A stretch of 64,000 nt of DNA. Origin: Tubulanus polymorphus. Its lineage: Eukaryota > Animalia > Nemertea. The notes beneath the pieces were generated by a model. It was not told the origin of the DNA. It worked only from the letters and a program-made list of their open reading frames with translations, and did no database searches. Location: assembly GCF_964204645.1 (NCBI RefSeq), contig NC_134028.1:18297653-18361652 (forward strand). Reading direction: 5' to 3'. The translations under genes were made by a program, and so were the position numbers. Positions within the stretch are counted from its first letter, which is position 1, and every line of letters begins with the position of its first letter. This document shows positions 60,549-64,000 of this stretch, piece after piece.

Positions 60549-62865
60549 AGTAGAACTTTCATTTTGGTAACAGTTATTCCACAACCTATGTTACTTGTTG
60601 TTCATTTGCATTTTTTAATTGAAGTCGATTTTGATCATAGTTGCCCCCATATGATAATTGTGTTTAATAGCTCTTATTTCTTCCCAACAGATTTGTAAGT
60701 CGAGCCACTGTTTAGTGTGGGCACAGGTGCTATTTGTATCCCTTAATTGTTCTACTGTTGGTCACCAGGATATATGTTTGTTACCTGACAGACTGATGTG
60801 TTTTTCAGAAAGGGAATTGGACTTGCGCTCAGTGTTCATTAAAGACTAATGAAAATATGAATAAAGAAATCACAGCAAAATTGGAGGTAGAGTATACTTC
60901 ATTCATCCTGTCATTCTGCCTATTGATTTTTTTCTCTTCTGATTGCTCTGCCTGCCCAACCAAAAAGCCTGGTCCAGTTATATTCTAAATAGAAATATTG
61001 CTTTAATTGCCCAGCAGTCATGGTGTTACTTCTAGTGAGACCATTGATAACACCTGATTTAGAAAATGTGTATGAATGTACGGTTTAGGTCTGGGTCATT
61101 CTAAATAAATTAGTTCATGGTGCGTGTTGAATTAGAGACTAACTTAAATGTCTGTGTGTGTTGTTAATGCTACTTGTGGGCACTAACCTAAAAAGCTGGT
61201 AGTACTTTCTGTCGTTCACTTCTCTATGTAGCTGCCAAAAACTGGTGTCGAAGCATATTAATTAACCGTCAACTTAGTTCGGAACATAAACTCAAAATAT
61301 AGCTGCAAAGCAGCGATAACGGGTTTTCTGGATGCATGTGATCGAAAGGAAAAATTAATTACCGGGTATTCGATGGACAAAAATAAAATGAGGTGATTTG
61401 GATATTATCGGAGCAATCCTCTTTTTGGTTGAATGGTCTAACCCCAGTAAAGTCCCCCGTGATTTGGAAATTCTCGGAGCCCTCCTTTATTTACTTACTA
61501 AATGACGTCACAAACTGTTATTTCGCCGGTGCTTGTTGTCTAACAATTCAATTCAATTTCGTTTCGAAGCTGTCAGTTGCCGAATCTGAATGAAGATGAA
61601 TTTTATTTGACGAAATCGGCGGAAAATACATAATAATAATAATCAACAGAATTTCAAGAGGATTTTCGACGAAAGTCAGAAAACCCTAATAAATATCCCT
61701 TGCGCTGAACTTTCCGTCGACACAACATTTTTGACATCGTGATCTTGTAGAGTCATGTCATATCTGTTATTTTTATTGGGGTCAGGACCTCTCTTCATTT
61801 TAACATGATTGGATAACCATTGGAAACCCATTTTACATTGCGCGTTGAACAGGTGCGCGTTGTTACTAGCAACTGCCTAGCGTCTTGCTACCAGGAAGAG
61901 ATTATGGGAATGCGCAAGCATAATACAATCTATTTATGTGCGTTATAGATATGCACAGTCGTCGCAATATGAAAGATGGCTTTGTGCTCGGCGTTTGAGC
62001 GAAAATTTTTCGAGGATACCACAATATTTAGCGAAACTACAGCAGATTAACTTACGGTAGCATATGATAACATTCTTTAAATATAAGGTGAATATAATGT
62101 CTAATTTCTCATAGTCACACTCTTTTCCTCCCTTTGTGAATTATACATTTAAACGAATGAAAGAGCCCATCTTCGTATCAGTCCAAATGGTTTACACGCC
62201 AAATGATGCCAAATTGTATAAAATTTCAATCAGAAAATTCATCAGTTTTGGTCAAACTACGTCCGTGTTATGGATTTTCAAAGAAAAATATAATCACCTT
62301 CTCTCAACATAATCAGTAGCCTACTCAATCAATGTTTTCTGGATCCTTTCAACTTGAAAATTCAATTCTATAATTAAGATGTAAATAACATTACATAGGC
62401 CTACATTTTTTCTAATTTCAGATTTTATGAAAAATCGTCATAATTAACCTCTAAATTGTTTCTTTTTTTCCAGACTATAGACTATATTTAAGTAACGATC
62501 GGTGGATATAGAATGTTAGGCGCAAAGCTCAATACAAATTGGTAGGTGACCTGTAAATCAGATTTTTTTTAAATTTCATTTAGGGAGCATCTCAAAATTT
62601 TAATAGTTCTGTTGATTAGAATAACTGTCTAATTGGTTTAAACCCCCCCCCACCGCCCCCCCCTTTGTTAGACCCATGCCATGTTAGACCCAAAATCAAT
62701 AGTTGGAACTATTGATTTTCTAATGAGAGACCACAGACAAAGATGAGACATTCTCACGAGTGTACTTTGGTCACAACTTTTAATTCTCTTTTTATTCTTC
62801 ATATTGTTTTTTTTTTAAACTTTTTTTAAATTTTTAATCAAACTCTAATAGACTTTATAAAAATA

Positions 62866-64000
62866 TCAAATATCTAAAGTGCCAACAGACAGTTAAATCT
62901 ACTGCTTGTAATATAAATATATTTGAAACTGCGATTCAATTCAATGTTATCTTTATTGCTCACAATAAATTGATATTTCGACAGTCGTGATGAATCCGCA
63001 GGTGGCCTTATCCCCCTTTTGAGACTCATTCTAATTGAAGTATCTCTCAAATTTTGAGATGCTCCCTTATTTGAGAGAAACATCAACAGAATCTGAGCTC
63101 CGTTTGTCGACTATGAGGGCAACACTTTAAATGTGGCCGAGGGATTGATGTGGGAGTCTGATTTGAAGGATAAGCGGGCGATGAAGTGGCACCAGTACTC
63201 ATTAAATGGCGTATTTTGCTGGCATATAAATCGTCATCTGCTAATGAACTATTGCGATCATCGCCATTACTTAACTTGCCTCATGACATTGAGGGATTAT
63301 ACTCATCTTTCGAATAGTGTGTCTGGTATCAATTTTTGCCTCATCAACCTAGTGAAGAATGAATTGAATTTTCATGATATGAAAGACTACCAAAAATTTG
63401 TGTCACCTGCCTGCGATGAAGTTAAGATCAAAGATGGTCTAGTTTACGTAGCCCAGAAACTGGCGAATTATCCAGATTTTGCGACTTGGGCAACTTGAAC
63501 AATGAACTTGTAACTTTTTCGAATAACTACAAAGAAGATGGAGGTAATAATTGTGAAGCCGTTGCAACACATGCATTCATGATTCATGGGTTGTTTAATG
63601 AAATCCATAGCGTAATCACCAATTATCCATGCGTCAGTTTTGACAGTAATCAGATATGTTGGGTGATACAAAAAGTGCTGCAAGCTGTTGAACTGTCTGG
63701 TTTTCATTTAAAATATTTTGTTCGCGATGGTGCATCACCAAACAGATGTTTTTTTTCCAAACTACACCACGACATTGTACTTGATTTATCAATCAAATAT
63801 ATCTAAAGTACCAACAGACAGTTAAATCTACTGCTTGTAATATAAATATATTTGAAACTGCAATTCAATGCAATGTTATCTTTATTGCACCACAATAAAT
63901 CGATAGTTCGACAGTCGTGATGAATCCGCAGTCAGCCTTAACCCCCTACCCCCTTTCGCGAGTTATTCTAATTGAAGTAACTCTCGAAATTTTGAGATGC
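62866..64000 (+). repeat. ~200-bp direct repeats (62866-63063 and 63791-64000) flanking the transposase fragment
   Basis: Shared CCAACAGACAGTTAAATCTACTGCTTGTAATATAAATATATTTGAAACTGC...TTTTGAGATGC. Confidence 0.8.
63280..63770 (+). pseudogene. P-element/THAP9-like transposase fragment
   Basis: ACDEVKIKDGLVY, ATHAFMIHGL, VRDGASPNRCFF; frameshifted. Confidence 0.6.

Overview
Repeat-dense animal (invertebrate-type) nuclear DNA with no intact host gene. It is dominated by three distinct insertions of one very AT-rich Maverick/Polinton (polintovirus) family. E1 (16568-25481, TSD TGTATC) has an internal deletion removing the capsid module. E2 (27967-~34457) is truncated. E3 (42244-60548, TSD AGTAGA) is near complete: integrase, packaging ATPase, major and minor capsid ORFs are open, pPolB is broken, and no adenain protease is visible. 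Other elements are Gypsy, piggyBac, Tigger/pogo, CR1/L2-type LINE, Helentron-like repeats, MITEs and a P-element-like fragment, several of them nested. Unusual features of the Polinton family: (1) 13 of 17 E3 genes start at a poxvirus-type TAAATG, preceded by a T-tract for capsid/membrane genes and mostly an A-tract for replication genes, suggesting dependence on a poxvirus-like helper (inference); (2) each terminal repeat is itself a ~408-bp fold-back palindrome whose arms change together; (3) a 27-bp GC-rich hairpin micro-element sits at three different sites, in frame inside two genes; (4) one divergent accessory gene has a candidate spliceosomal 5'UTR intron and element-specific arrays of host transcription-factor-like motifs. 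All assignments come from reading motifs by eye; no searches were run.
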